Part shown: positions 43,423 to 55,700 of the stretch, piece by piece
How positions within the stretch are numbered: the first letter of the stretch is position 1
Layout of the letters: the number at the start of each line of letters is the position of its first letter
DNA from: Balanoglossus misakiensis
Lineage: Eukaryota; Animalia; Hemichordata
Assembly (NCBI GenBank): GCA_040954595.2
Contig: CM082582.2
Location: 8,514,425 to 8,578,424 of the forward strand
Direction: 5' to 3'
DNA: 64,000 nucleotides
Position numbers and translations under genes: made by a program
The notes under the pieces: generated by a model
Told to the model about the DNA's origin: nothing
What the model saw: the letters and a program-made list of their open reading frames with translations, nothing else
Databases searched by the model: none

Positions 43423-45385
43423 GTAGGGATTTGTTAATTAGCGTGTTAATCGTTCTAAGAGTTGATGATGTATGTTGCAAGTTGGATCGCCTTGCTACTC
43501 ACACCACGAGGTCCTATGGCGAAGACAGTGAACAAAACAGTCGAATATGTTGACGACTGTTAGGGTCAACCCACGAATCTTCCTTAGTTTTTTCCTGTTC
43601 AAGTGTTACGATTTTAACCGTTGCGATCGCAGTTTTAATGATGATGAAGATGACGAATGAAGCTCGGAGACCGAAGGCGGTTTTTCCAATGCGAACGTTT
43701 ACAAGCAACTGATGATGAGCAGAAGGAGCGAGGAGAGCGCGTCAGATTTGATCTTGCGCGATTCTTCGATAAATCCAGCAAAATCAGTGACGCAAACACT
43801 TTAAATTGCGCCCAGTCTGTCGCTGTGTGTCAATGGCAAGGCCACGAATTGTTTTTGACTCGTGGGTGCCGGAGCGATCGAGTCAACGTGTGTGATATAT
43901 ATTTTTTTCCCCGTGCGGACGCTGACTGAGTGAAAGTAGGACGTGCCTTTTGTTGCTGCTGCCAGGATGCGAAATCGACACAATGTAAACAGCAACGAGT
44001 GACAGCTGTATTCTGAGCGTGCCGCGGACACTCTTTGAAAAGGTGGCACCCGATCTTAATTTCAGCAGATTGTTTCGTGAACTTAGGGCATGTGTAAACA
44101 CGGAAAATTGCGATGTTTTCACGTCCGGCCGAGTTGGCGTATTTTTCTTTTCTTTTCTTTTTTTTTGCGCCGACGACACACGGGCAAGCGTTCTAGTCAT
44201 GCGTTAAATGCAATCAATGTTATATGCTAAATTGGTTGACCCTCTGAAAGCGCTCTACTTGATGCCCATTGTCGATGCCGTTTTCAACGAATGTTACATT
44301 CGTACAATTGACGCATTAGGCAGTAAAATGGGTTAGATAGCTGGCACTTGTGAATCAAGTCATCCGTTGCCTCTGTGTGTATACGGATGCTAATAATAAA
44401 CTAGTAGCCGGTTAATAACACGCTCCTTGCAAATAGCGTTTTCGCTTTCACACCAGATCATAAGTTGAAACCGATTAGATGAGAAGAAAGACCGAGCATT
44501 GATAGCGTTCCCCACTGCATTGTCTATCCCCGCAGACGCACAGTTTAGCTCAATGCTCGCTAATTCGCTACTTTTCTTTTCACCCAGATTGGGTTGAGGT
44601 CTTAATTGTGAGAGCTAGTGACTCCATCTAACAAAATACTTAATTAAGTGCAAATAGACACTGTGTATGCTTGGGTTAGGGTGCAGTCTTGTGTGAAAAA
44701 AAAATCTTAGTACATTCAGAAGACTTGATTTCCAAGTACTCTCTATGAATTATTTATGACCTTTTTATCATTTCAATCTTTGTGTGGAACTCCAGACGTT
44801 CATTGCATAACATGTCACAAGGTGAAACTTACAGCCTGTGGTGTAACTGTTGGATTTCATTTGACCTTTTCAATTTCTTCTCCTCAGTCTTAAAATATAA
44901 GGTAGATCTAAATTTTCAGTGTCTATTTGAACGTTTCAAAAGCCTTTAAAAAAATTAAAATAAAGACAACAAGAAAGAAACGTTTTATTGAAAAGAGAGA
45001 AAAGATCACTGAAATAAAAAACATATTTAACCACATGGCAACAAAAAAAAACTTCCATATATGGGTATTATGTAGATTAGAGATGAATATTCCTTCAGAC
45101 ATGAGAAAAAAACACCTGCTATGTGTGGATGAAGATGAGACCTTGGTAGACTGCATCAGCCGCATAATTACCGTGACAACTGGATCAACTTCGGTTCAAT
45201 GCACCCAATTTCTCTTCTTATATGCAAATGAAACAGAAGGAGAATGTTCAAAGCCAAATTCTGGGAAGTAAAGCCATCATCGATTTCATGGAGAATCTGC
45301 TGACTGTACTTGGTAGAATGGTTAAAATAGTTGAAATAAAGTATGCAGTGTTCAGAAAAGTTAAAGGCCCAGGGATTATAACTTT

Positions 45386-45420
45386 ACACACACACACACA
45401 CACACACGCACACACTCACA
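45386..45420. repeat. (CA)n microsatellite
   Basis: Imperfect CA run read directly. Confidence 0.8.
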
Positions 45421-46497
45421 GTGCACATACTTTCCATATACAGTCCGTATCTGATCTCTTTGTGTGGTGGCGTGATGTGGAGGTGTGACACCAAATGACC
45501 CGAAACCGTATGTCCTGAATTTACATAACAATAGAAGACATGGTTGATCATTGTTGCTATACCTCCCTATGTGGCTTAGCACTTTAATTTGCAGTGTCAA
45601 CTCTTACTCCAACTGATCCTCATGGCATCAGTGTCAGAATTTCACAGTTGACATGCAAAATTGTGATAATTTTGTTTTTTTTGAGTTGCTGTATTTTTTT
45701 AAGCTTGACCAATGACCTAGGCCAGTCCTGGGTAGGGCAAAACTGTGATGTGAACACAGCTTCTATAGTTCGTTGCAAAATAACTAAAATGACACCAAAA
45801 GAGGTGGCAGACATATTATTTGTAGTAATCCAAGAAGGGTCTTTGTAGGTATATCATGAGCTTAATCTGTATGACTTTTTACAAAATACAGCTGTATTAT
45901 ATTTCTACAATGAAATATTGATTATTGAAAAAAAGAGTAGAAAAGTGGTGCAGTGTGTATAAAGATAAAGGACTACTGAGATGCAGTTCATGCCTATCGT
46001 ATTCCATTGCCTTATAATATGTAGAATTTTGAGAAAACAATTGTAGTATTGTAATTTTCTTTAAACCTTATCAAAAGTTGCCAAAAGAGAAGCTTTATCT
46101 AAAAGGAAACTGTATGTCAACATGTTTGATTTTATTGAATGATAGAGGTCTTCAGATATTTTACCTATTGAAAAACTGTAATATGTAAAGTTCAATACAG
46201 TGCTGACTCAGCAGTTTACTTCATATTTCCAACCCTCTAAACTAAAAAAGTAGGATTGGAACACTTTGGTTTTTATTTTTGTTTTTAAAATCCATGATTG
46301 GTATACACATCAGTATAAAAAGATTTCGTCTTGTCCAGTAAGACATTTATTTGGCCCAGGTATTCACAGCTGACTGTCAGTATATATTTTATTTAGTGGC
46401 CTTCAGTTTGTTTAGTTGTGTCCAAATGAAACATCATAGTTCATAGTTCATACTAAAGTGACATTGTATTGTGTATTTACAGGTTTTCACTGTTGCC

Positions 46498-47277
46498 ATG
46501 GCATCATCATCTCCAGTTCCTACGTCCTCATCGTCGTCGTTACAAGGTGTACCCTGCGTTGCCCCTCTCAACCGCTTCTCAGCCCCCGTGCACATTGACG
46601 TCGGCGGTCAGATATACACATCCTCCCTGGAGACGCTGGCCAGGTATCCCGAGTCCAAACTCAGCAAACTTTTCAACGGCACCATCCCCATTGTCCTGGA
46701 CAGCCTGAAGCAGCACTACTTCATCGACCGCGACGGCCACCTGTTCCGCTACGTCCTCAGCTTCATGCGGACGTCCAAGCTGAACCTGCCGGACAACTTC
46801 GCCGAGTTCGAGGGGCTCTACGAGGAGGCCAAGTACTACGAGCTGCAGAGCATGGTGGAGGCGCTGGAGGAGTACAAGGAGGAGCGGGAGCGACAGAAGT
46901 CGGCCGAGGAGGACATCGGCTGCAGCGAGTGCATCGTGGTCAACATCAGCCCCGACTGCGGCGAGCGCATCAGCCTCAGCGGCGAGAAGAACCTGGTGCA
47001 CGAGATCTTCCCGGAGATCGGCAGCAGCCTGCTGTGCAGCAACTCCAGCTCGCACTACGGCTGGAACCAGGACTCGCACCACGTCATCCGCTTCCCGCTC
47101 AACGGCTTCTGCAAGCTCAACTCGGTGCAGGTGCTGCAGCGCCTCTTCCAGTGCGGCTTCAAGATCGCCTCGGCCTGCGGCAGCGGCAGCGAGGGGGCGC
47201 AGTGCGCCGAGTACATCATGTACCGCAAGAGCTTCTCCGTCTCGGTCGTCACGAAGGAGGAGGGATACTTGGACTGA
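46498..47277 (+). CDS. KCTD1: BTB/POZ protein of the KCTD1/KCTD15 subfamily, 259 aa, single coding exon
   Basis: [64 protein letters not shown] (T1-type BTB) and C-terminal [33 protein letters not shown], typical of KCTD1/15. Probably co-orthologous to both vertebrate genes. Confidence 0.93.
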   Translation: MASSSPVPTSSSSSLQGVPCVAPLNRFSAPVHIDVGGQIYTSSLETLARYPESKLSKLFNGTIPIVLDSLKQHYFIDRDGHLFRYVLSFMRTSKLNLPDNFAEFEGLYEEAKYYELQSMVEALEEYKEERERQKSAEEDIGCSECIVVNISPDCGERISLSGEKNLVHEIFPEIGSSLLCSNSSSHYGWNQDSHHVIRFPLNGFCKLNSVQVLQRLFQCGFKIASACGSGSEGAQCAEYIMYRKSFSVSVVTKEEGYLD

Positions 47278-50200
47278 GAGTAGTAGGCCCGGCTGTTTCA
47301 AATTCAAGCGCAGCTTTGCATTGCCGGCCGAGGATTTCCTGACAAGCGGGCAGTTTGTCTCAACTTGTCAGTTATTGTAAATTTTTAAAAGAAATTCTCT
47401 TTGTAACCAAGTTTGTTCACAGTACATGCAAATGCCAACTGACCATCCAAGTGCATTTGAATGGGAAAAAAGTTGGGGTTGACAGAAACAAATTGTCAAT
47501 AGTCATTTCTCTTTTTTGTCACAGAAAACAAGAACTTTTTAAAGCAAAATGTTTATCAATGAAAAAAATAAACCGAAATACAAGTTTTAACTATTTAATG
47601 AATCTTGTGTAAATTAACTGGACCGACAATTTGTATTTTTAATTATTTTTTGAAAATGATCCAGAAACTAGAATTTACACTGAGGGTTTCAACTTACAGT
47701 GGAGCGTGGAAAACCACATGCTCTCTGGAGAATGCTCCATGTACCTGAATATTCATCATAGATAGGTAGTTTAAAAATTTCTAAGATACCTTCTCTGAAT
47801 GTGCTTTTCAACGTAGTTGGAATTCTCACACGCTGCAGGCTTGCTGGGTCCATTGTGCTGAAATTTCAAAGAATTTGCATCATGGAACCCAAAGAAATGT
47901 TTTGAATTTGCCATAATTCTATACATTCAGTAATATAACATGAATGGAAAAATGCAGTGCGTATATAGATTGGCATGACGGCAAATGTGGATTTTTTTCT
48001 AGACTTGTGTGCGTCAAGTTTTAATTGTAAATGGATGAATGCCCACGGTTTTATATAATTTCACAATAACCAAAGTGTGCTGAATTGTGAAGATGTTCAT
48101 TTGATGTGCTTTCTTTTTTTTCTCCCACAAAAAAAAATCTGATGCGGTAGTAAGAAAATATAGGATACCCTGCGAGTGTATTGTGCTTGTACACTGAATG
48201 TGACAATACTGTTTATTGCATTTTGGTATTACGTTTGCTGTTCTCAGCAGTTGCCTCCTGGCTATCCCCCCCCTCCCCCTTCCTCGTCAAAAAAAAAGGA
48301 AAGAAAATTCCTTTCTTTGTCAAATTACAGAGTACAGTCTACAAGCTCGCTGTGTTTCCAACTTTCGACAAGGTGGATGATTTGTGAAAATGGATTGAGT
48401 GGATCTCAATCTGCTCGTGGCAGCGTGGCACCCTGGGTAGTTTGCTGGAACCCTCCGTGTTATTGCCTGCATAAGTGGCAAATTTGAAAGGCAGATTCTG
48501 GGCCAGTTCAGGTCAATTGGCAAATTCAGCTATTAGCGTGTTCTCTAATTTCCGGCGCACTAACTGGCTCCAATATCAATGTGTTAAAAAAATAAATAAT
48601 ATGAAAAAACAACAACACAAAATTATGTATTTTACAAACTCACTGCCAATATTATTTTCAGAAGTCTCAGAGACGTGTTGCGATGTTTGCTCCCTTGCGA
48701 GGCACTTTTATGTCCGTTGTCTTGTCAACACGGCGAGCTGGTTAGATCCCGATCGTCATTTGACATGATGAGTGTTTTTTTTTGTGTGCATCTCCGGTGT
48801 TTGCCTGCAACCACATCTTACGTGCCGAGTTGACGTGGAAAGGTTTGTTTTTGGCGCTCGCGAGTGCCAGTGGGGGTGATGGGGAGACCGTAATTGAGTA
48901 AACGCAAGCTGAGATTGTTTTTTTCTCTCTCTCTTTTATGGCACATTTGTTGAACGGTTGTCATGACGGCCTGCCGCGACTGTCTGATGAAGTGTGAAAC
49001 GTCTGTGGCTTGTGACACAGGGTTAACTTGTACGTCCAGGAGAAAAAGAGAAACTGCAAATAGATGTACAACTTCAGCATCAGTCCAAGTAATGTTGAAA
49101 ATGCAGAGGTCATGTTTGAAGTTCATCAGGAACAGAAATAATGCAATGGGGCCTAATTTCTATTTATTTGTTAATCAGCAGCATTCTGGATGTTCATCGC
49201 AATTTTCAAGGTTAATGAGGACAAGTTGACCGGTCAGAGAGAGAGAGAGGGTGGATGCCCCAAACTGAATCAAGAGTTCAAGGCTGTTCATTGATCACAA
49301 AACCAGATATTGGAATTTTAGCAAATACAATATTTATATTATCCACCACATCTCATCTGCTACTTAACTTAGAAATTGTAAAATATGACATTTTTGTAGG
49401 TGATTATGCTCTTCATGTAATCAGGATTCAAGATTTCATTGTACATTATCCTTGTAGAGTCCATAGATAGGATTTTTTTTGTATCTTCCCGTTAAAGAGA
49501 TTCTTTCAAATCATGTTGGCAAAAAACAATTTTTTTTAACAGGATAATGTCATGTTAGGAGGGCTGATTGATAAGGTCATGGCCTGGGGGTGCAAGTAGA
49601 TGAGCTATAGAGTTCCCACTAAATTGATCACACATAGTTCAAATGAATGATTTACACAGAAAGTTTGAAGTTAATAAGGTCGGTCGTTTTTCAGTGGCAG
49701 ATAATCAAGAAATGTTGGTGGGGTGGGGGGGGGGAGGGAGAAGCTGACGTGAAGGGCACTTCTTCAGCAGGACTACCCTCCTGTCCGCAAGTCCGCAGTG
49801 GACATGTGCTTTCTCTTCTCTAAGATGGAGGAGGAAGAGATCAGTGGTTGCTATGGCCACTGTGATCGAGCATCCCCTCTTGTCAGCTATAGCTGTCCAC
49901 CCCGAGTCTTGTTGATTATCCTCAACAGAAATACGACTGAAGTTATTAACTTCAAACTTTTTGTCATCATTCAGAGTTGAAGTGCGTGTGAATCTTCTTG
50001 TACCCAAGGCAACAAACTTATCGATCACCCCTTGTAATAACCGAGATGCCAAAGGGATAGTTTAGATGCTGGTGGGGTCAGTCGACGGATGGAATTTAGA
50101 CAGTGACTACTAGTAGGTTGAATTAAGATGTGTGGTTATGATATGGGTTTACTGTTCCCATTTCAGTCATGGATGGCCAGTTTTTGATACAGAATTGGCA

Positions 50201-53200
50201 CAGTGTTGCAGCCAGAAATCTTTCTCACGGGCAGAAAATTTTAAATTTTGAGATTAGCTGGCAGTGGGTGTATAATAAGACATTAAACTGTAGCATATAT
50301 TTCAGCACCTATTCTCTGTACATTTTACAATATTCTATCGATGTAGTGGTAGTGAATTTTTTTGGTATCATCTTCAATGCCTTGGAGTCTTGTCAACTCT
50401 TGCTTTAGGCACAGGAAAATAAAACCTCAAAATGTTCACACTAATGTATCCTGTTATAATTGTTTTCCTCACAACCTTCCATTTTTCCCCCGACCCTGAA
50501 TAACTTTGACCGGAGACCACCCTTGACATTGCAGGATGACCTGCCCTGGTGACCTTTGACTTCAAAGAACTTACCCAAAATATGGGGTGAAAGAGTTATA
50601 AATAAGCATGTGGAATGAATTACTCTACAACATGCAAAATAAAAACTGTCACAAAAAGAAGTGATGTAACGACCACTTTGCATATGTAACTGTTAACCGC
50701 ACATCGGTAACATTTTACAATTTGCACCAAAATATATCTTAGATTTTGGCTGTTCACCAGAAGGATATATATATACCCTTTCCTGTCTTAATCTCGTGCT
50801 ATGAATGATTCATAATGCTCCTTCGCAACCACATGCTGGGCAGGTGTAATAGGCTTTGCTCTTTATAAATTTGGAAAGTGATCCTCCTATGAAGTACTGG
50901 AAAGCTAATAATGTACCTTGGATGTAAATCATGACTTATTCAAACCCTAACTTTCACTTTTTGGTAACTGATTTCCAAAATCAGAGGCCACATCAAACTC
51001 AAAATGCATGAAAACCTCATTACCCACAATCCTCTCTGCTGACCTGATGTAACCAACAAATAATATTCCAGAATAATCCCTTCCAATCCAGCCTCTGTCA
51101 GCCTTCCCCATTGGTCAATTTTAAAGAACAATTATTACACATACATTTCCATTGGTCAGTCAGTCCAACACATGCACACTTAACAAAGCACACAAGTTGA
51201 TTTTAATCAGATGAAAATTTAGCAGCAAACAAACAATCTGAAGTGAAATTATGATCATTGGATTGTTTTCAGGAGAAAAAAATGGTTTCAATATAAAATA
51301 TGTATATTTTACCTTTACATCTGACATTAGTCAGTGACCTATTAACGTTGCAGTCTTTGATAATGATTTGATTAATTTGATAATAATTTGCTAATGACTG
51401 TTTTTTGAATGACTCACTGGCTCCCTCTTGCTAACCAGGATTATTTTGTGCCTGTTGGTGATGAAAAATTGGCAAAATTTTAATTTTTCTGTTAAAAAAA
51501 GCCCCACGTTTATATTTCTCTTTCTACAGTGAAAAAGCCTACCTCCCGAGGTGATGCCTATCGTATTTAGTCGGATAATAAGAAATAGGAAGAAGTACAG
51601 TGGTGACATTTTCGGCGACAAAAGAACTCTCGGCTAATACTTGGTTGCCATGGCAATCGCTGGATCTGTTTAGAGGAGCTCAGCCCGAAAAGTGCGAGTT
51701 TGAAATAGGACTGGTGTAATCAAGCCAGCATTAGCGCCTGTGCCGGTGGCCATAAAGACTGCTTAGCAATGAGTACATATGTTTGGCCCCGGGCAAGGTT
51801 ACATTAATCACTCCAACCATAGAATTCTCTCTGTCCGTTGCCGATTTCTTTTGTCACTTGAATATAATATCTTGGGCTATGGGAAGGTTGAAATGCTGAT
51901 TTTTATTTCAGTTGAACAAATATCATTTGATCAGACCAGTCTATTTTGTTTCTGCTAGCTGCTGTCACACCCAGAAATTATTTGAGAAGAAAAAAAAAAC
52001 ATGAGAAAAAAATGTTGTTTGACGTTTACAGCCTGAAGGAATACTATAACCACTGCGGTATATGACAAGTCTGTGTCAAAATTCTCCTCTGAAATGGGAA
52101 ATGTGTTGCCAAAAATGCAAAATGCAGGAAATGCCCTCAGTGGACTATTTCCTGTTTTTCAACACATGTTATAATGCAGGGGCACAATTTTGAGGGGGTG
52201 TAGTCGGGCTAGCCCTCCTCTGAATTGACCGACACCCAAGTGAAATTGAGACAAGGTGGAGGGATGGAATGTGTTATTTAGGAGACTCGGGGATTACCAT
52301 TGTACGGCGGGGAGTTTGGCTGCAGTGGATGGGTTTGGAAGTGCAGTTGCCAGGGGGCTATTCCACTCGCGAATATATTTGCATAGTACTCCTTTCTTTT
52401 GTAGTGCACATCGACTTGTGAAACGGCTGAAATGAAACAGTGAAATCACCCCCTGGGGGGTCATATTATCAGCAAACATGGCAGTATCTGGGTTAGTTTC
52501 TGGTTACCGTGGCTACATCATTTGCAGCACGTTTTTTTCCTGTCTTCGTGCGACAGAACCCGTGGCTTTCCTGTTACCGTGGCGATGTGCTAGATTACAC
52601 ACGGCCCACCCCTGTCAGTCATCACCCTGCGCCAATTCATATTATGCAATTTACCTAGACCCAATATTTTGATTTCCACAGCTGCCTGATTGGTTTCCAC
52701 TAAATGCAAGGCTCATTATACACACTGGCTGCAATCCACAGCATAGAACCAATTATTTATGACTAGCCTGGGGGCAGGGAATTTGCTACTTTGCACAATC
52801 TAGAGCAGCGCAACAGCTTTCCGCTCTCACAGCCTTCCACCCCCTAGTACCAGTGCATTATTGGTTGAACCTATCCACTAAATTCATTGGGATCAAACCA
52901 AACTGTTCAATTTGACAGGATTAAAAAGACTGGGGCTTTGAAAAAAAGGCTCTTAAACTAAAATCATGAATATATATTTTGGGGTCATTCACATTTTTCA
53001 ATTGACCCCTGGAATATTTTCTTGATGTGAAGAAACATTGGCAACATCCTTCATTGCATGTTCTCCATCAGATTTTAATTTATATGTTTAATACAAAGAG
53101 CAAGAGCTGATGCACAGATCTATGGTAGATGGAAACTGACCCGTGGTGGCGCTCTACTCACGTTAGCTGACAACGGGTGCTGCTAGGTTGACTGGTGTGT

Positions 53201-55700
53201 TTGCAGCCCTGCTACTGACAATAGAGTCTACACATGTAGTTATAGTGAACCCATGTGAACTTAATTTTCATGCTTGTTTGGACTACTTCTCTGCTTCAAA
53301 GCAATTGTCTATAACCAAGCAAAAGACCCTGTGTCACCTCTGGTATCTGTGTCTGTGTGTGTGTGAGTATTTGTGTGTTCCGACACAAGCAGGTTTGAGA
53401 AATCCAGAGAGAGCAATAGACTTATTTCAAGTACAAATAAACATTTCATATTTATTTTCATTCTGCATTAATTGCAGAAATATTTTCTGCCTCTTGCAAA
53501 TATTAAATTACATGCTAATACTTTATTATTAATTAGTACATACAATTTTTTTTGGTTTTGATATGGTACAACATGATTGCTTTTCCATTTTTTTTATAGT
53601 ACTTGGCTCGCATACTGTCTAGGACTGTGCAAAAAAGACTAGTATCCCCTCTTGTATTGAGATCACTTTGTGCACCCCTATCCCATCCAAAAAAAATAAA
53701 AATCACCATACTATATTATGTACAAGGAACTGATTTCAGTGTCTTTTAGGGGCCACAGTATTGTCAATGGCGGGGAGAGATTCTGCCAACACGGGAAAAC
53801 AGAGAAACTGTTATATTGCAAAGACCAAAAAAAAAAATATTTCATCTGAACGAAGCAAACATGGAAATTATTTCATTGAAACACACTACCTGATATATCT
53901 GCAAGCTACCCATAAGACAACGGTCGATTTCTGAGATGATAGTCACTCCTTTACAAAAAATCTCGCACACTCAAACACATCTCAATCGTCATTTCTTTAG
54001 TTGATCTGTTCACCCCAAATTGCAACAAATGAGTAATTATAATCTATTTCAATCGAAAATGATTCTAAACAGTCTTACAAACCACAACAAGATTTGAAGA
54101 ACTAGTCTTGAAAATTTGACGGGATAAACTGGAAGGATGGGTCCCTAGGAAAGATCATCTCTGTCAAGTTTTAAACTCTTCTTGTGGAAAGGATGATTAT
54201 TGCTCAAAAATTCTTTTCGTCTGCAGCCACAACAGACAATTCTGTGTCAGGCGACATCGACATGCAGATTGTTAGATACGTGAAAACAATGCTCTCAAGT
54301 TATCACTTTTTTTTATAGAAATATTTTAAATCCAAAGTAAACATGAAAACAAGACAGTGAAAACCATGTTTCTTTTTATTTTCAAAAAGACTCCTCACAC
54401 ATTTTAATATCACTTTAAGGTTTTGAGGACTATAATTTTTCTGAAAATCTGTCACTGAGGTGTGCAAAACAGCAAAATCAAGTTGTCTTTGATGACCAAG
54501 ACTTTCCTCAAGTGGTTTTTACTCTATGCTTGGGGAGTCAAATCTCATTATAATAATTGCACTGTGGGTAAAAAAAAGTTGACAACCCACTGTAGTGGTA
54601 CTTTATGAAGAGAGGAATCATCCGGGTTTCGTGACCTGTTTGTGGCTCAAAGTTCTGACTTTGCAGGTAGCACATACAAATAATTGTTTTCATAATTTGT
54701 TATTTTGATTGGTACAAAATTTCAGTATATCCCAAACTGCACTTGCAAACCACGGCTAAAGTCTACCTTAAATTCTGTTGACCACGAGATTTTTACCACT
54801 CACCTAGGTAGCAAAAACCTATCGAAGGCAATAGAATTCACTGAAGAGTTGCAGTTATACTGCTTGCAAAGCACAGAATACACAACGAACAATTGCATGA
54901 ACATTTTTCGAGAATGCGACAACTGCAAAATTCTTGAATATTGAGGTAATCACATTTTCATAATTTTTTGACGTTGAAGGTGAGAGTCGCACTTGATATC
55001 AATTAATAGAAAGAGAAAAAATATATTCAATTTACCCACTTGTAGAGGACATAAACATTTCATTCTCTGGACAATGGACGTCGCCAAAAAATTCTCTGAC
55101 ATTCTCTCAAGTTCACGCACACAGTAACACACACATGCACCAAGTTCATTGACTGTTTCTGAGTGACTGACACCCCAGAAATCCCATAAATTGACTAGGT
55201 TCCCCTAACTGTCTGATTATTTTCTACAATGGCCACTCGCACGCTAGAAAGCAGCATTTTTTGTCTCCAAATGAAACTCCTATACATACTATGTACAGAC
55301 ACCCAACTAAGATGCAAATTTCTACAAATCCCTTCCCGCGCTTCCTCCCTTCTCACCCCTTCAATTTCATAGTGTTGCGGCCTAAACCTAGTGTTCCATG
55401 GCAGGGTCAGTCCATCTCGGACTGAAGGGGGGTGTGTGTGTAGCTGGGGTAAATGATACAGTTTAAAAAGGAAGCTATACGTCTTATAAAATACTCCATA
55501 TTTGTACACAAAGTATCGAGTAGGAATACAGGAATAAAAAAGGCTACGATATCAATTTTACACCCAAGCGGACATGACAAGATCTTCGATGTGGTCCTGG
55601 TTTCTCCCCCATTAGCCTGGCCTACAAAGGACGATTCTAGTTGGTTTTAATTCTTTGTAGATTTCTTTGGTACTCAAATGATTGACACTGCAGCAGCCTC

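Noticed and set aside
46579-47342. 242-aa antisense ORF and 137-aa +1-frame ORF over KCTD
   Set aside because: Expected by-products of extreme GC3, which removes stop codons in other frames; no domain signal.
49705-50052. 115-aa minus-strand ORF in the KCTD-TAF4 gap
   Set aside because: No recognisable motif and no convincing splice context; it ends in a simple G-run.
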